Of a DNA stretch of 64,000 nucleotides, positions 1 to 9,807 are shown in pieces. The DNA lies in IMG/VR virus record IMGVR_UViG_3300044974_001280, positions 124,001 to 188,000 of that record; one strand, written 5' to 3'. Below the pieces are notes generated by a model. The model worked only from the letters and a program-made list of their open reading frames with translations, was not told where the DNA came from and did no database searches. The position numbers and the translations under genes are program-made. The first letter of the stretch is position 1. The number at the start of each line of letters is the position of its first letter.

Positions 1-1
1 G

Positions 2-862
2 GAATTTTTCGAGGACGTGGATGCTGTTTTTGTGGACGAGTGTCACCATTCCAATTCAGTTTCCATCAAAAAAATTCTATCCAAATGCATGCACACGGGG
101 TGGAGATTTGGTCTAACCGGAACCTTGACCAATCGGTCTTCTGCCGATCACCTGACCATCCAGCAGTATCTGGGCCCCGTGTTGGTCGAGATCTCTCCTG
201 ATTTTCTTTTTCGGAACGACCACGCCACCCCTGTTTCTATTAAGGTTGTGATCCTCGATTGGCTAGATCAGGAGATCAAGGATAAACTTGCCCAGTTGAA
301 ATTCTCTGCCCAGAATTTAGAGGGCAACGACATCTACAACATCGAAAGAAAATTGGTGATAGAGAGTGAAAAAAGAATTTCATATATCGTTGATTTTATT
401 TCGAAAACATCCAAGAACTCCCTGGTGCTTTTTCAGTCCGTAAAGGATGAATACGGAAAGCAAATCTGGAATAGACTGAGAGAAATAGATAGTACGAAAG
501 AGGTTTTCTACGTGGATGGAGACACTGATGAAAAATTAAGGGAGGAATACAAAGAGAGAATGAAGGACGGAGAAAATAAGATTCTGGTAGCAACCTTTGG
601 TACATTTTCAACTGGAATTTCGATCAACAATCTTCATAACATTTTCTTGGTTGAATCATACAAAAGCGAGGTTTTGATCAAGCAAAGTCTGGGCAGGGGT
701 ATGAGAAAAATGGAGGGCAAGGAGAAAGTGAACGTAATCGATTTTGTGGATGACTTTTCTACTCCTAAATACCTTAACTACCTGATGAAACACGGGGACG
801 TTCGAATGCAAATTTATAAGAAAGAGAAATTCAAATACAAAGTCTTCAAGGTTAAATTGTGA
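2..862 (+). CDS. uvsW: UvsW-like SF2 DNA helicase (5' truncated by window)
   Basis: DECH Walker B, GLTGT motif III, TFSTGI motif V, QSLGRGMR motif VI; T4 UvsW-like layout; frame open from base 2. Confidence 0.85.
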   Translation, partial: EFFEDVDAVFVDECHHSNSVSIKKILSKCMHTGWRFGLTGTLTNRSSADHLTIQQYLGPVLVEISPDFLFRNDHATPVSIKVVILDWLDQEIKDKLAQLKFSAQNLEGNDIYNIERKLVIESEKRISYIVDFISKTSKNSLVLFQSVKDEYGKQIWNRLREIDSTKEVFYVDGDTDEKLREEYKERMKDGENKILVATFGTFSTGISINNLHNIFLVESYKSEVLIKQSLGRGMRKMEGKEKVNVIDFVDDFSTPKYLNYLMKHGDVRMQIYKKEKFKYKVFKVKL

Positions 863-871
863 ACAAGTTGG

Positions 872-879
872 GATATATA
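872..879 (+). promoter_or_regulatory. GATATATA putative late promoter
   Basis: Recurrent intergenic octamer, 18 nt upstream of ATG 898. Confidence 0.7.
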
Positions 880-897
880 AATCAAAAAATCAGATTT

Positions 898-1452
898 ATG
901 ACTCCCAGATTAAAAAACTTTTCCATGTTTTCTGAGGCAATAAACAGAGAAAGAAGCAGGTTTAGATCCAATTTTGATAAAGAGGACGATTGGAGTAAGT
1001 TCGAAGAAATAGAGAGAAGGATAGAGGATCGATATTCAAGAAAAGAATCGGAAACGGGAATTGGTGAATTTTCAGATTCGGGAGCCAGAGCAAGATTTCA
1101 AGCTATGGCAGAAGATCCGAGTGGAGCTCCGCTAAGATTGGTCCGAATGGGCCTGTCCCTTGTTCAGAAGGTGGCTAAATCTATTGTTGATGTTTTTAAA
1201 ATGCCTTTTAGAGGTGGGGATTCTCTGGAGAGTCTTAAGAGACAAAAGAAAGATATGCTAGAAAAATGGGGTGAAACCATTACAAAAAGTGGCAGAAACA
1301 CAAGAGAAGACTATGAGGATTTCTATAGTAGAGCCTACGATAGTGGCAGAAGAACATTTGGAGATGATTTTGATCTAGATTCTCCCAGCTCTGAAGAAGG
1401 CAGGGTGTATTCAAGTTACATTAAAGGGGCCAGAAGATTTTACGATATTTGA
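898..1452 (+). CDS. Hypothetical protein with capsid-targeting-like N-terminus
   Basis: Starts MTPRLKNFSMFSE, downstream of GATATATA. Confidence 0.65.
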   Translation: MTPRLKNFSMFSEAINRERSRFRSNFDKEDDWSKFEEIERRIEDRYSRKESETGIGEFSDSGARARFQAMAEDPSGAPLRLVRMGLSLVQKVAKSIVDVFKMPFRGGDSLESLKRQKKDMLEKWGETITKSGRNTREDYEDFYSRAYDSGRRTFGDDFDLDSPSSEEGRVYSSYIKGARRFYDI

Positions 1453-1454
1453 GC

Positions 1455-2387
1455 ATGATTTATACCTACACACAATATATGGAATTAAATGAAGGAGGGG
1501 CTGCTATTGGCAGTTCTAGAAAGATCCGAGAGGATGAAGTGGCCAAAACTTTGACCCACTTAGGGGAAGCCCTTTTTCCCTTGCTGGGCGATGGAAAATT
1601 AAACAGGGACTTTTTGCTCATTGGCAGCATTGGAAAAAAAGAAAGTCCAGATGACACTTCCGGGGACGTGGATTTGGGAGTTTCTAAACCCTTCCTGGCC
1701 CAAAAATGGGGTGTTCCTGAATCCAAGGTGTTGGATGTAATGACCGAGAAACTGAAGGACCAACTCCCCGACATTTTGGGTTACAAACCGGAGATCAAAA
1801 TGTTTAAAGGGATCAACATAGTCAGCGTTGAATGGCCCATTGAGGGGAACATCAAGAACGGCACGGTTCAACTTGATCTGATTCCAATTGCGGATATGGA
1901 TTGGGCTAAATTTATTTTTTACTCCCCGGACCAGAGAAAAAAAGAATCCAAGTATAAATCTGCCCACAGGAATTGGCTTTTCCAGGCCATTCTTTCGGCC
2001 TTGAAGGATGTAGATTCCGTTGATAAAGAAGGGCAAATCATGGATTATACTGGGTATGTTCTCAAACTAGGAGATGGCGTTTATAAGAATCGTAAGACCT
2101 ATCGGGGAGCAACAAAAAGACTCTCCCGACCTAAAATTTTAGAAGATAGCACCTTTCTAGTCACCAGGGATCCTCAAAAGATGCTAGATCTACTTTTTGG
2201 TTCTGGTGTTAGACCGAGTGATGTTAAGACCTTCGAGGATGTCTGGTCTTTAATAAAAAAACCGACTTTTATCCATGCCGATAAACTACAATCTATAGTG
2301 GAAGATTTTGTCAGATACTTAGAGAGAACCAATCACGACATTCCTTGGGAAATAAAAAAACTGGTTAGTAATGAACGTTTTCCCTAA
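1455..2387 (+). CDS. Pol-beta superfamily nucleotidyltransferase-like protein
   Basis: LIGSIGKK...SGDVDL (GS...DxD) and a third Asp in VQLDL; N-terminus MIYTYTQYMELNE. Confidence 0.6.
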   Translation: MIYTYTQYMELNEGGAAIGSSRKIREDEVAKTLTHLGEALFPLLGDGKLNRDFLLIGSIGKKESPDDTSGDVDLGVSKPFLAQKWGVPESKVLDVMTEKLKDQLPDILGYKPEIKMFKGINIVSVEWPIEGNIKNGTVQLDLIPIADMDWAKFIFYSPDQRKKESKYKSAHRNWLFQAILSALKDVDSVDKEGQIMDYTGYVLKLGDGVYKNRKTYRGATKRLSRPKILEDSTFLVTRDPQKMLDLLFGSGVRPSDVKTFEDVWSLIKKPTFIHADKLQSIVEDFVRYLERTNHDIPWEIKKLVSNERFP

Positions 2388-2802
2388 TCTTTTCTACACC
2401 ACTTTGGATTTCTTGCTGGAAGGAGATGGAATAGAATCCATCTTTAAACACCCCGAAGTCATTTTGTTTAGGACAGTGCTGGGTTTAAATGGTTCTGTCA
2501 TGGCCAATTCAACCGGAGATTACGAAGTTCAGATTGGAGATGAAATTATCTACACGATGGAAAAATCAGTCTACGATTTGATCAATTTTGGTTTTTCTCC
2601 TCCTCCTTTATCCGTTTATGTTCCCTTGCTCTTAATGACCTGGAACTCACCATTACATGATAAATCTAAATTAATTATTGGCAAAATTCTCAATAGTCTT
2701 CTTTTTTTGGAGTCCAGAGGATATGTTGATTTTGAACTTCAAGAATACGGTCCTTTATCTTTTTTTCCAAATTTTCCAACAAGTTTTCCTCCCCATAAAT
2801 AA
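2371..2802 (+). CDS. Hypothetical protein
   Basis: 143-aa ORF filling the operon gap. Confidence 0.55.
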   Translation: MNVFPNLFYTTLDFLLEGDGIESIFKHPEVILFRTVLGLNGSVMANSTGDYEVQIGDEIIYTMEKSVYDLINFGFSPPPLSVYVPLLLMTWNSPLHDKSKLIIGKILNSLLFLESRGYVDFELQEYGPLSFFPNFPTSFPPHK

Positions 2803-2810
2803 TTCATACC

Positions 2811-4760
2811 ATGTCTGGCATTAATCATCTATACGATCTTTACCACAAAAAAGGAGAAAATTTTATCAATTCTCTTTTCAGGGAATTTGTTACCATCAAT
2901 GAAAAGATGGATGGTTCTGCCTTTAGTTTCGAGAGGGATCAAGAGACTGGGAATTTCAAATTTTATCGGCGGGATCAAAGGAATCCAATTACCCTAGTTG
3001 ACCGTACTTTGATGAAATACTATGAGAAACCTATTTCTTATATCACGAGTCTTCCCCCTCACATTATAGAGAGAATCCCCAGAGGCTGGAGATTTGGCCT
3101 AGAGTATTTCGCCAACACCCAGCCAGTTGAAATAGTCTATGATCGGGTGCCCAAAAATAATCTGATTCTTTCTTACATTCATCAAATGGCGCCGGGAGGC
3201 AAAGTCGCCAGAACCCTTCAAAAGAAAGAAAAGCTGGACGAATGGGCTGATCTTTTGGGAGTGGAAAGAAGTCCTATTATTTTTCAGGGCCTGCTTCAGC
3301 CCGATCAAAAAGTTGCCTTGATGGAATTTTTGTCTACCCCCTTCAAAGAGCTAACCCGAAAATTTTCCACTCAAAGTTTCGTGAGGTTTATCATCTCGGT
3401 CCTTAACCCAGCTTTAGAGAAAACTGCTCTGAACGATAACCTGGATAAAGATGTGGAGGGAATCGTGTTTAGGTTTGGTCATCCGGATAGAGAAAGCGAA
3501 ACAGTTTTAGCCAAGATGGTTGATCCCATCTTCACGGAGTTGGCCAAGGAAAAGACCCAACAACAGATGGAAAGAAAACCCAGTGATTTTCTGGGTCTGA
3601 CCCTTTTGGACGTTATGAACTACATTCTCCAAAAGGGGGTAAAATCTTTCGAAACAGAAGGGGATTCTGAGGAGGAAAGATACATCTCCTATATGTCGGA
3701 CGTGTTTGCCAAGTTTCTGAGTCAGTACTCGGAGAAGTATAAAGGCACTGATTTTGATGAACCTGATTATCTGAAGAAAGAAGAATTCAGATTGAACAAA
3801 CAACTCATTTCGGACAGGAGAGTTCTAAAATGGGTCGAAGAAGACCCGGCCTTTGAGTCCTTGTTCAAGTTGATGCTCAATTCATTCAGAAAAATCAAGA
3901 CTCGAGCTTCGGGACTGGTAAAAGCCGGTACTTTAGAACAATTCAATCTACTAGTTCAGAAAATCAAAAATTATGTGGCCAAGAAAAAAATCAACGAGCA
4001 AGAAAAACAAGATTTTACGAGCTTCCTCGAATTCAAGAAAATAAATTCTCCTTCCGTAGATTATCTCAGAGAAGAACTTGATGACAATGAAGAGGAAGAA
4101 AATCCTCTCTTTTCCTTCGACGAATTCATTTCCAAGTTAGAGACCATCGATCAAAAACACGAAGAATACCTAGAGCAACGGGAAGAAAACACGGTTGAAG
4201 AAGCAGAAGAAAAATCTACGGGGAAAAAGGAGGAGAAAAACATCAATGTGATGCTCGGACGATTCCAACCTTTCCATCTGGGACATTTGAAGATGGCCCA
4301 AGAGATGAAGAAAAAAAACGATTTTCCTGTTTTTGTTGTGGTCGTTTATCCAGGTCACAACAGAAATAAAAATTCCCCATTTAATGAAGAGATTATCAAG
4401 CAGTACATGGATTCCTTGATGGAAGCTTATCCAGAAGACTTTGCCGGTTACAAGATTGTCAAATTGGGTCTATTGGGTTCAGTTGTTAATAGATTGGTCG
4501 AAGAGGGCTACATCCCTCATCTGGTGGGATCTGGAGAAGACAGGGCGGATGATTACGGTAAACAGTTTGAGTACATTAAAAAAACAGAGCTGCACGATAA
4601 ATTACCTTCTGATTTCGCTCTTCACGTCAGTAAAAGATCCATGTCTGCCACAGAGGTGAGGACAAAATTGAAGGAAGGCAATTTTACAGCTGCCAAAAAA
4701 ATGTTACCTAAAGCTGTTTTAAACAATTACGAGATTTTGAAGTCCGCTTTGAAAGAATAA
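2811..4760 (+). CDS. RNA-ligase-like nucleotidyltransferase fused to an HxGH cytidylyltransferase/NMNAT-like domain
   Basis: EKMDGS (KxDG motif I), EGIVFR (IV), LAKMV (V); acidic linker; C-terminal GRFQPFHLGH and SATEVR. Confidence 0.65.
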   Translation: MSGINHLYDLYHKKGENFINSLFREFVTINEKMDGSAFSFERDQETGNFKFYRRDQRNPITLVDRTLMKYYEKPISYITSLPPHIIERIPRGWRFGLEYFANTQPVEIVYDRVPKNNLILSYIHQMAPGGKVARTLQKKEKLDEWADLLGVERSPIIFQGLLQPDQKVALMEFLSTPFKELTRKFSTQSFVRFIISVLNPALEKTALNDNLDKDVEGIVFRFGHPDRESETVLAKMVDPIFTELAKEKTQQQMERKPSDFLGLTLLDVMNYILQKGVKSFETEGDSEEERYISYMSDVFAKFLSQYSEKYKGTDFDEPDYLKKEEFRLNKQLISDRRVLKWVEEDPAFESLFKLMLNSFRKIKTRASGLVKAGTLEQFNLLVQKIKNYVAKKKINEQEKQDFTSFLEFKKINSPSVDYLREELDDNEEEENPLFSFDEFISKLETIDQKHEEYLEQREENTVEEAEEKSTGKKEEKNINVMLGRFQPFHLGHLKMAQEMKKKNDFPVFVVVVYPGHNRNKNSPFNEEIIKQYMDSLMEAYPEDFAGYKIVKLGLLGSVVNRLVEEGYIPHLVGSGEDRADDYGKQFEYIKKTELHDKLPSDFALHVSKRSMSATEVRTKLKEGNFTAAKKMLPKAVLNNYEILKSALKE

Positions 4761-4799
4761 AACAAAATTCTAGAGATATATAACATAAAACAATCCACA

Positions 4800-5333
4800 G
4801 TGAAAGTTATTCTTCCTTATTCTCAATTCATTACCCAGCTAAATGAAGCCGATGGGTTTGGAACCTTGCCCTTTCTCTTTAAGAAAGACGGGGATCTATG
4901 TTACTATTTTTTCCAGATAGACAAAGAAAAAGGAGACCAGCAAGGTTATGTTTTTTTGATTGGCAAATACTCCAGATTTGAAAATATGGAGGGTCCAAAA
5001 AATTCTTATGCCGTCATTAATCTCAACCAGATCGAGCCCGAGGTGATCGAAGACATTGCAATTGAGAACACCAAGAATTTACCCGAAGCTAACTCCAATA
5101 AATTTAAACTTAAGGGAGGAGAATTGGCGAGGCTCTACAAGCAGATTGGCAAATGTCTTTTGAATTACTTGGAGAAAAACCCAAAAACAATCAGAATAGT
5201 GGATGAGATGAATCAAAATCTAGTTCTGAATAACTACGAGGAGTACGCTAGATCTATGTTAATTTCGATCCTAGGTGATGAATGGCATTTGCAACCCGGA
5301 TCTAGAAAAGGAGTTTACGTCTTGAATCGCTAG
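4800..5333 (+). CDS. Hypothetical protein with capsid-targeting-like N-terminus
   Basis: MKVILPYSQFITQLNE; GATATATA at 4775-4782. Confidence 0.65.
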   Translation: MKVILPYSQFITQLNEADGFGTLPFLFKKDGDLCYYFFQIDKEKGDQQGYVFLIGKYSRFENMEGPKNSYAVINLNQIEPEVIEDIAIENTKNLPEANSNKFKLKGGELARLYKQIGKCLLNYLEKNPKTIRIVDEMNQNLVLNNYEEYARSMLISILGDEWHLQPGSRKGVYVLNR

Positions 5334-5340
5334 TTTTGAT

Positions 5341-5368
5341 GAAACTTTTTCTTATACTATTCTATAAT
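5341..5368 (+). promoter_or_regulatory. GAAAC-N17-TATAAT putative early/middle promoter
   Basis: Member of a recurrent GAAA(C/T)-N17/18-TAnAA class. Confidence 0.55.
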
Positions 5369-5386
5369 AAATAAAAATTATCTATT

Positions 5387-5566
5387 ATGGAAGCTTTTCA
5401 AGAAATTAAAAATCTCATCTCTCAAATTGAACCTGAATTCCAGAAATTCACTGAAAAAGGAAATAAAGCCGCTGGTACTCGGGTAAGAGTTGCAATGCAA
5501 GAACTGAAAAAACTTGCCCAGCAGATCAGAATTGATATACAAGATCAAAAATCCAAGGCAGCTTAG
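5387..5566 (+). CDS. Histone H1-like Hc1 family protein (59 aa, absent from ORF track)
   Basis: Translates MEAFQEIKNLISQIEPEFQKFTEKGNKAAGTRVRVAMQELKKLAQQIRIDIQDQKSKAA; KGNKAAGTR signature; promoter before, terminator after. Confidence 0.8.
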   Translation: MEAFQEIKNLISQIEPEFQKFTEKGNKAAGTRVRVAMQELKKLAQQIRIDIQDQKSKAA

Positions 5567-5586
5567 AATTTTCTTCTTTATTTTAG

Positions 5587-5611
5587 AAAGCAGTCTTCGG
5601 ACTGCTTTTTT
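5587..5611 (+). terminator. Rho-independent terminator
   Basis: AAAGCAGTC-TTCG-GACTGCTTT followed by T run. Confidence 0.85.
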
Positions 5612-5649
5612 GTGGTACATCATTTGGATATATACAAAAAAAAAATTCT

Positions 5650-6993
5650 ATGAACTCTATTATTAAATTCTCTGATTATATTTTAGAAGAAGAAATGAGT
5701 CGAAAGGAGAGGAGACTGCAAAGAAGGGAAGAAAGATTAGAAAAAAAACTCGATAAAATCGGAAAAAAAAGAGGAGGGGATTCTCCAGTCCTGGGTGATC
5801 AAGAAGAAAGCCAAAAACGTTTGAGTACGCCCTTTTATCAAATTAAGGGCAAAGAATTACCTATGGAGCAAAAAATCGACATTAACGGTCAAAGTGTTGA
5901 ACCATACGGGATAGCAAACAATGTTATGAATACCTGGATCGAAGAAGTCAAAACTGAAACCCTAGACAACATCGATTCCAAATATAAAGTGGCTATTAAG
6001 GCTCTAATCGAAAGGTCACTCAATAAGATTTTTCCTATAGTGTCTAAGTACTTTATTCCGTCTGTCAAATTTGATGGTAAGCCTATTATTGAAGAAACTA
6101 AAATCGAGCCTAAAGAATTTTGGCTCCAGGTTTGGCCCCAAATCTGGAAAGAAATGAATGCAGTAGAAAGGGGGATTGTTAAAAGTATGACCTCCTTAAG
6201 AGAAGAAACTACCTATGACCAATTGATAGAAATGGTGGGTAAGGCTTTATCGGATGAGGAATTCTCAGGATACAATGAAGTTGTGTCCGAACAATTATCG
6301 AACTTATTGGAACTTTTTGGCTTGGCTTTTTCTACGACTTTCAAAGACAAGGCAGTGGAAGTTTCCCAAGAAATGATGGGAAAATTGGTCACGGATCTAA
6401 ATGCAAAAGGAGCAAAAATCAATTTCAAGTCCTCTCAAAAATCTAAAGGGGGTCAGCAAGAATTGGAAAATGTTGACCTTGGCAAATCATCAAAAGAAGT
6501 TTGGGCCGAAACAATCGTTAAACAAATAGAAGAATTCAGAAAACTTTTAACTTCAGAAGAAGATAATAAAGGAGAAAAAGATCAAAAATATAAAGAAGAA
6601 GAAGAAGTAAAAGATATAAAATTTCCTTCGTCAATCAAAACAAAGGAAGATTTGAAAAAATGGGCTTCCAGTTTAAGCTCCGATCAAAAACAAGTTCTAT
6701 TGGGTGCCTTGGGATTTAGTGAAGTTAAAAAAGAAGACTCAGAAGGAAAGGACTCGGGAGGATCTGGATCCGTCCAGTCAGCAGGCAGCGGAGGAAAAGA
6801 AGTCTTAAAAAGAGGAATGAAGTCTGAGGAGGTCGGTAAACTCCAGGATGCATTGGGCATGACAAATTTAGGAACCCAAAGAACTAATTTTGGTCCTAAA
6901 ACTGAACAGGCTGTTAAGGAATTTCAAAGGAAAAAAGGTTTGGTGGATGATGGAATAGTGGGACCTAAAACTAGAGAGAAACTTGGAATATAA
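5650..6993 (+). CDS. Protein with C-terminal peptidoglycan-binding domain
   Basis: LKRGMKSEEVGKLQDALG...FGPKTEQAVKEFQRKKGLVDDGIVGPKT; N-terminus MNSIIKFSDYILEE; GATATATA 5627-5634. Confidence 0.75.
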   Translation: MNSIIKFSDYILEEEMSRKERRLQRREERLEKKLDKIGKKRGGDSPVLGDQEESQKRLSTPFYQIKGKELPMEQKIDINGQSVEPYGIANNVMNTWIEEVKTETLDNIDSKYKVAIKALIERSLNKIFPIVSKYFIPSVKFDGKPIIEETKIEPKEFWLQVWPQIWKEMNAVERGIVKSMTSLREETTYDQLIEMVGKALSDEEFSGYNEVVSEQLSNLLELFGLAFSTTFKDKAVEVSQEMMGKLVTDLNAKGAKINFKSSQKSKGGQQELENVDLGKSSKEVWAETIVKQIEEFRKLLTSEEDNKGEKDQKYKEEEEVKDIKFPSSIKTKEDLKKWASSLSSDQKQVLLGALGFSEVKKEDSEGKDSGGSGSVQSAGSGGKEVLKRGMKSEEVGKLQDALGMTNLGTQRTNFGPKTEQAVKEFQRKKGLVDDGIVGPKTREKLGI

Positions 6994-7039
6994 CAGAAAC
7001 AAAGCCCATTCGATCTGCTAAAAATTGAAAAAAAATCTT

Positions 7040-7246
7040 ATGTCTTACTACATTGCAAAAGTACAATTTGAGTCAGGTGATAACAAAAAAAATGGAGATC
7101 CTGTTATGATTAAATCCGAATTCTTAGTAGAGGCAGAGTCTGTGCTCGAGGTGGAGCACAAAGTTGCTTCACACCTCTCTGGAATATCCGGTTTTTTTGA
7201 AACCACTCAGATCACCAAATCAAAAATAGAAGCCGTGATAGGCTAA
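7040..7246 (+). CDS. DUF4494-like small protein
   Basis: YYIAKVQF...K.EFLVEAES..E.E pattern resembles Bacteroidota DUF4494. Confidence 0.5.
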   Translation: MSYYIAKVQFESGDNKKNGDPVMIKSEFLVEAESVLEVEHKVASHLSGISGFFETTQITKSKIEAVIG

Positions 7247-7263
7247 AAAAGAATCAATAGATC

Positions 7264-7833
7264 ATGACACGTCAAAACCCATTTCAGTCTCGAAAATATC
7301 TCAACGAATCCGATCAAAAATTAAATCGAGATCCGGAGATGACCCACGAGGCTGAAACGGGTTCTTATATTCCTCCCCAGTCTCCAATTGCTATTCAGCC
7401 GGGGGATAAAGGGTTTGAGATAGTGGGAAAAGCCTACAATAAGTGGTTGTGGACATTTCCAGAGTGGAAAAAGAAATCCTCTAAAATCATTAATCCTGCC
7501 GCCAACTGGAATTTGAACAGCAAACCGATGACAGCTGCTCAGATCAAGAAAAAAATGAAGGGACTGTATCTTAAAGAAGGTGCGACGAATTTAGAGTTTT
7601 TGAAAGGAGGCAAATCGGATAAACTGACAATTTTAGATATAGCTCTTAAACACTCCGGTAAAAATTCTTCATCTTTATCAGAAATTCTAGATCATTTAAC
7701 TCAACAGCTAGTGGACGGAGTTTTTGTCGAGATGGAACACACCCAAAGACCACAGCAGGCCAGGGAAATTGCCATGGATCATCTCTACGAGGATCCAAAC
7801 TACTACATCAAACTAAAAAAAATAGAGGGTTAG
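7264..7833 (+). CDS. Hypothetical phage protein with DUF5661-like C-terminus
   Basis: GVFVEMEHT...AREIAMDHLYEDPNYYIKLKKIE. Confidence 0.55.
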   Translation: MTRQNPFQSRKYLNESDQKLNRDPEMTHEAETGSYIPPQSPIAIQPGDKGFEIVGKAYNKWLWTFPEWKKKSSKIINPAANWNLNSKPMTAAQIKKKMKGLYLKEGATNLEFLKGGKSDKLTILDIALKHSGKNSSSLSEILDHLTQQLVDGVFVEMEHTQRPQQAREIAMDHLYEDPNYYIKLKKIEG

Positions 7834-7842
7834 CAAACGACT

Positions 7843-8160
7843 ATGAAACACATCACTGTTTATGAATCTTGGTCCAGGGGGAGAACAGTAGAATTAGAAT
7901 CCACCCGGAATCGGGCAAAGATCACTCTGACTCTTCAAGGTTCAAGAATAGAAAGCATCGACAATCCTAGAGGCATGAGATTTCCCTGGTCAGTCGGACA
8001 AAACATCAATCGCAGTTTAGAAACCTGGGCTTGTAACAACGGCTTCACCATCAACGGAGAAGATCCTTGTCCAGAAGAAAAAATCTTCGGAGTCAAAACT
8101 TCCCAGGTGCCTAAAGGCCACGAGTGGAGGATGCTTTTTCCGAATAAATTTAGAAAATAA
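7843..8160 (+). CDS. Hypothetical protein
   Basis: MKHITVYESW targeting-like start. Confidence 0.6.
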   Translation: MKHITVYESWSRGRTVELESTRNRAKITLTLQGSRIESIDNPRGMRFPWSVGQNINRSLETWACNNGFTINGEDPCPEEKIFGVKTSQVPKGHEWRMLFPNKFRK

Positions 8161-8204
8161 GATCACCGCGGGACCTCCCGAATAACAAAAAAACAAAAAA
8201 ACAA

Positions 8205-8633
8205 ATGCCAGCAGTTTCAAGAGCACAGCAATCTTTCATGGGTCAGGCTTGGGCCTTAAGAACAGGACAACTGAAGTTGAAGGATATAGATCCTAGATAC
8301 AGAAAAGCCATTAAGGAAATAGCAGACGGAGAAATGACCAACAAGGAGTTGGAAAAATTTGCCTCCACTAAATCTAAAAAACTCCCTCATTATGTAAAAG
8401 AAGAAGAAGTAAACGAGGATGAAATCTCAGAAAAAGGAATTCCAGTGGCGGGTGCTACTTCTCCTTTGATTGGATCCAAGAAGGTTCCCAGCTTTTCTCC
8501 TGGTATCAGCCCCGGGGGAGGCATTAAACCTATCATTCCGCATCTGAACCCAGAAGCAACCAAAACTAAAAAAACAATGTCTAATTTGGTTGACTACAGA
8601 GATTACATCAAGAGCAAGAAGAAGAAAAAATAG
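8205..8633 (+). CDS. Hypothetical protein (DUF3008-like N-terminus)
   Basis: MPAVSRAQQ...ELEKFASTKSKKLP; C-terminal LVDYRDYIK. Confidence 0.55.
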   Translation: MPAVSRAQQSFMGQAWALRTGQLKLKDIDPRYRKAIKEIADGEMTNKELEKFASTKSKKLPHYVKEEEVNEDEISEKGIPVAGATSPLIGSKKVPSFSPGISPGGGIKPIIPHLNPEATKTKKTMSNLVDYRDYIKSKKKKK

Positions 8634-8634
8634 C

Positions 8635-9048
8635 ATGAGATTCCTGCTCGAATATGAAGACTACGATCCTCGGGAAGAATATCTAACCGATACCCGTAGG
8701 AGTCTTTCTCTTGGAGGCATCAGGAAATCTGACATTTATCAAAAAATTCTGGATCTGGGCTTTGTTGAGCAGCATTCTCTTCAACAGGGTCTCAACAACA
8801 CCCTTAAATTTTTTCGTCCTGATCAGGAATCTTTAGAGCCAGGTGAGGAGAAAATCTTCTATACAATCCATCCCACAGGCATTGTTAGAAGATACAATCC
8901 GAAAGTTGACGACACAATTCCCGAGGGATTTGGAAATGAAATCAAAAAATTTCCGGGGCCTTTTACTAAACCGGCCGACTATCTCAGAGCCCTTAATTAC
9001 CTGTATTATTATTTAAAAAGGAAAGAAATGAGAGGAAACTTTAGATAG
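8635..9048 (+). CDS. Hypothetical protein
   Basis: Starts MRFLLEYEDY directly after the previous stop. Confidence 0.6.
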   Translation: MRFLLEYEDYDPREEYLTDTRRSLSLGGIRKSDIYQKILDLGFVEQHSLQQGLNNTLKFFRPDQESLEPGEEKIFYTIHPTGIVRRYNPKVDDTIPEGFGNEIKKFPGPFTKPADYLRALNYLYYYLKRKEMRGNFR

Positions 9049-9085
9049 TTTTTGAGATATATACTAAAAATTTAAACTCTTTTTT

Positions 9086-9325
9086 ATGTCCTGTGGATGC
9101 GGCAACAATCAAAATTTGAATCAAATTCTGACCGAAAGACAAGAGATTCAGTCTAGCGACGACCCCTATGTGGGCAAGAAGGTCAGACACACGAGTGGTA
9201 AAATTTTATCAATCCAATCTCCCATTAAAGATGTCAATGGGATGGTCATCGGCTATATTGCCATCGAAGATCCAAATCGAACTGTCAGGATTTTCGCCAA
9301 AGACGTCTCAGAAATATTAGCATAA
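9086..9325 (+). CDS. Hypothetical protein
   Basis: MSCGCG start; GATATATA at 9056-9063. Confidence 0.6.
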   Translation: MSCGCGNNQNLNQILTERQEIQSSDDPYVGKKVRHTSGKILSIQSPIKDVNGMVIGYIAIEDPNRTVRIFAKDVSEILA

Positions 9326-9329
9326 ACCC

Positions 9330-9806
9330 ATGAAAAACACCTATTTTCCAACAGGCAATTCGACTCAAGGTTACGCAGTTGTGTGTCTAGAAGATCTCTC
9401 TGACGAGATGCCTTTTTTCGAATCAGAATGTTCTGGTTCAGACAGCATTCTAGAGAGACTGGCCGATTGGATGCACGAAAATGAATACTGTGCAGAAACA
9501 TGGCAAGCCGAAAAGTTTGTTCAAGATTCTGGCTATCCCGACTACGATCTAAGTGAAAGTGAGGGTGCCTTTGCCACCTTGAACGCTACTCCTGGCATGG
9601 GAGCGGTCACCCCTCCTGAAGGACCTGGTACGAACCAAAATTTTTACGATCCTGCCAAACAGGGCTCAGGCGATAAATTTCCCAGTCTGAAAGTTGGAAC
9701 TCCAGCCGCCCAATCCACGAAAAAGAAAAAAACTGGAAGAACGTCCAACCCGATTCAATCCTTCAGTGACTTTATCCAGATCATGAAAAAATTTCAAGGC
9801 AAATAA
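9330..9806 (+). CDS. Hypothetical protein
   Basis: C-terminal IQSFSDFIQ targeting-like motif. Confidence 0.6.
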   Translation: MKNTYFPTGNSTQGYAVVCLEDLSDEMPFFESECSGSDSILERLADWMHENEYCAETWQAEKFVQDSGYPDYDLSESEGAFATLNATPGMGAVTPPEGPGTNQNFYDPAKQGSGDKFPSLKVGTPAAQSTKKKKTGRTSNPIQSFSDFIQIMKKFQGK

Positions 9807-9807
9807 C

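Noticed and set aside
5613-5627. Second sigma54-like site TGGTACATCATTTGG
   Set aside because: Ends in GG instead of GC and overlaps a GATATATA box that already explains the gene's promoter.
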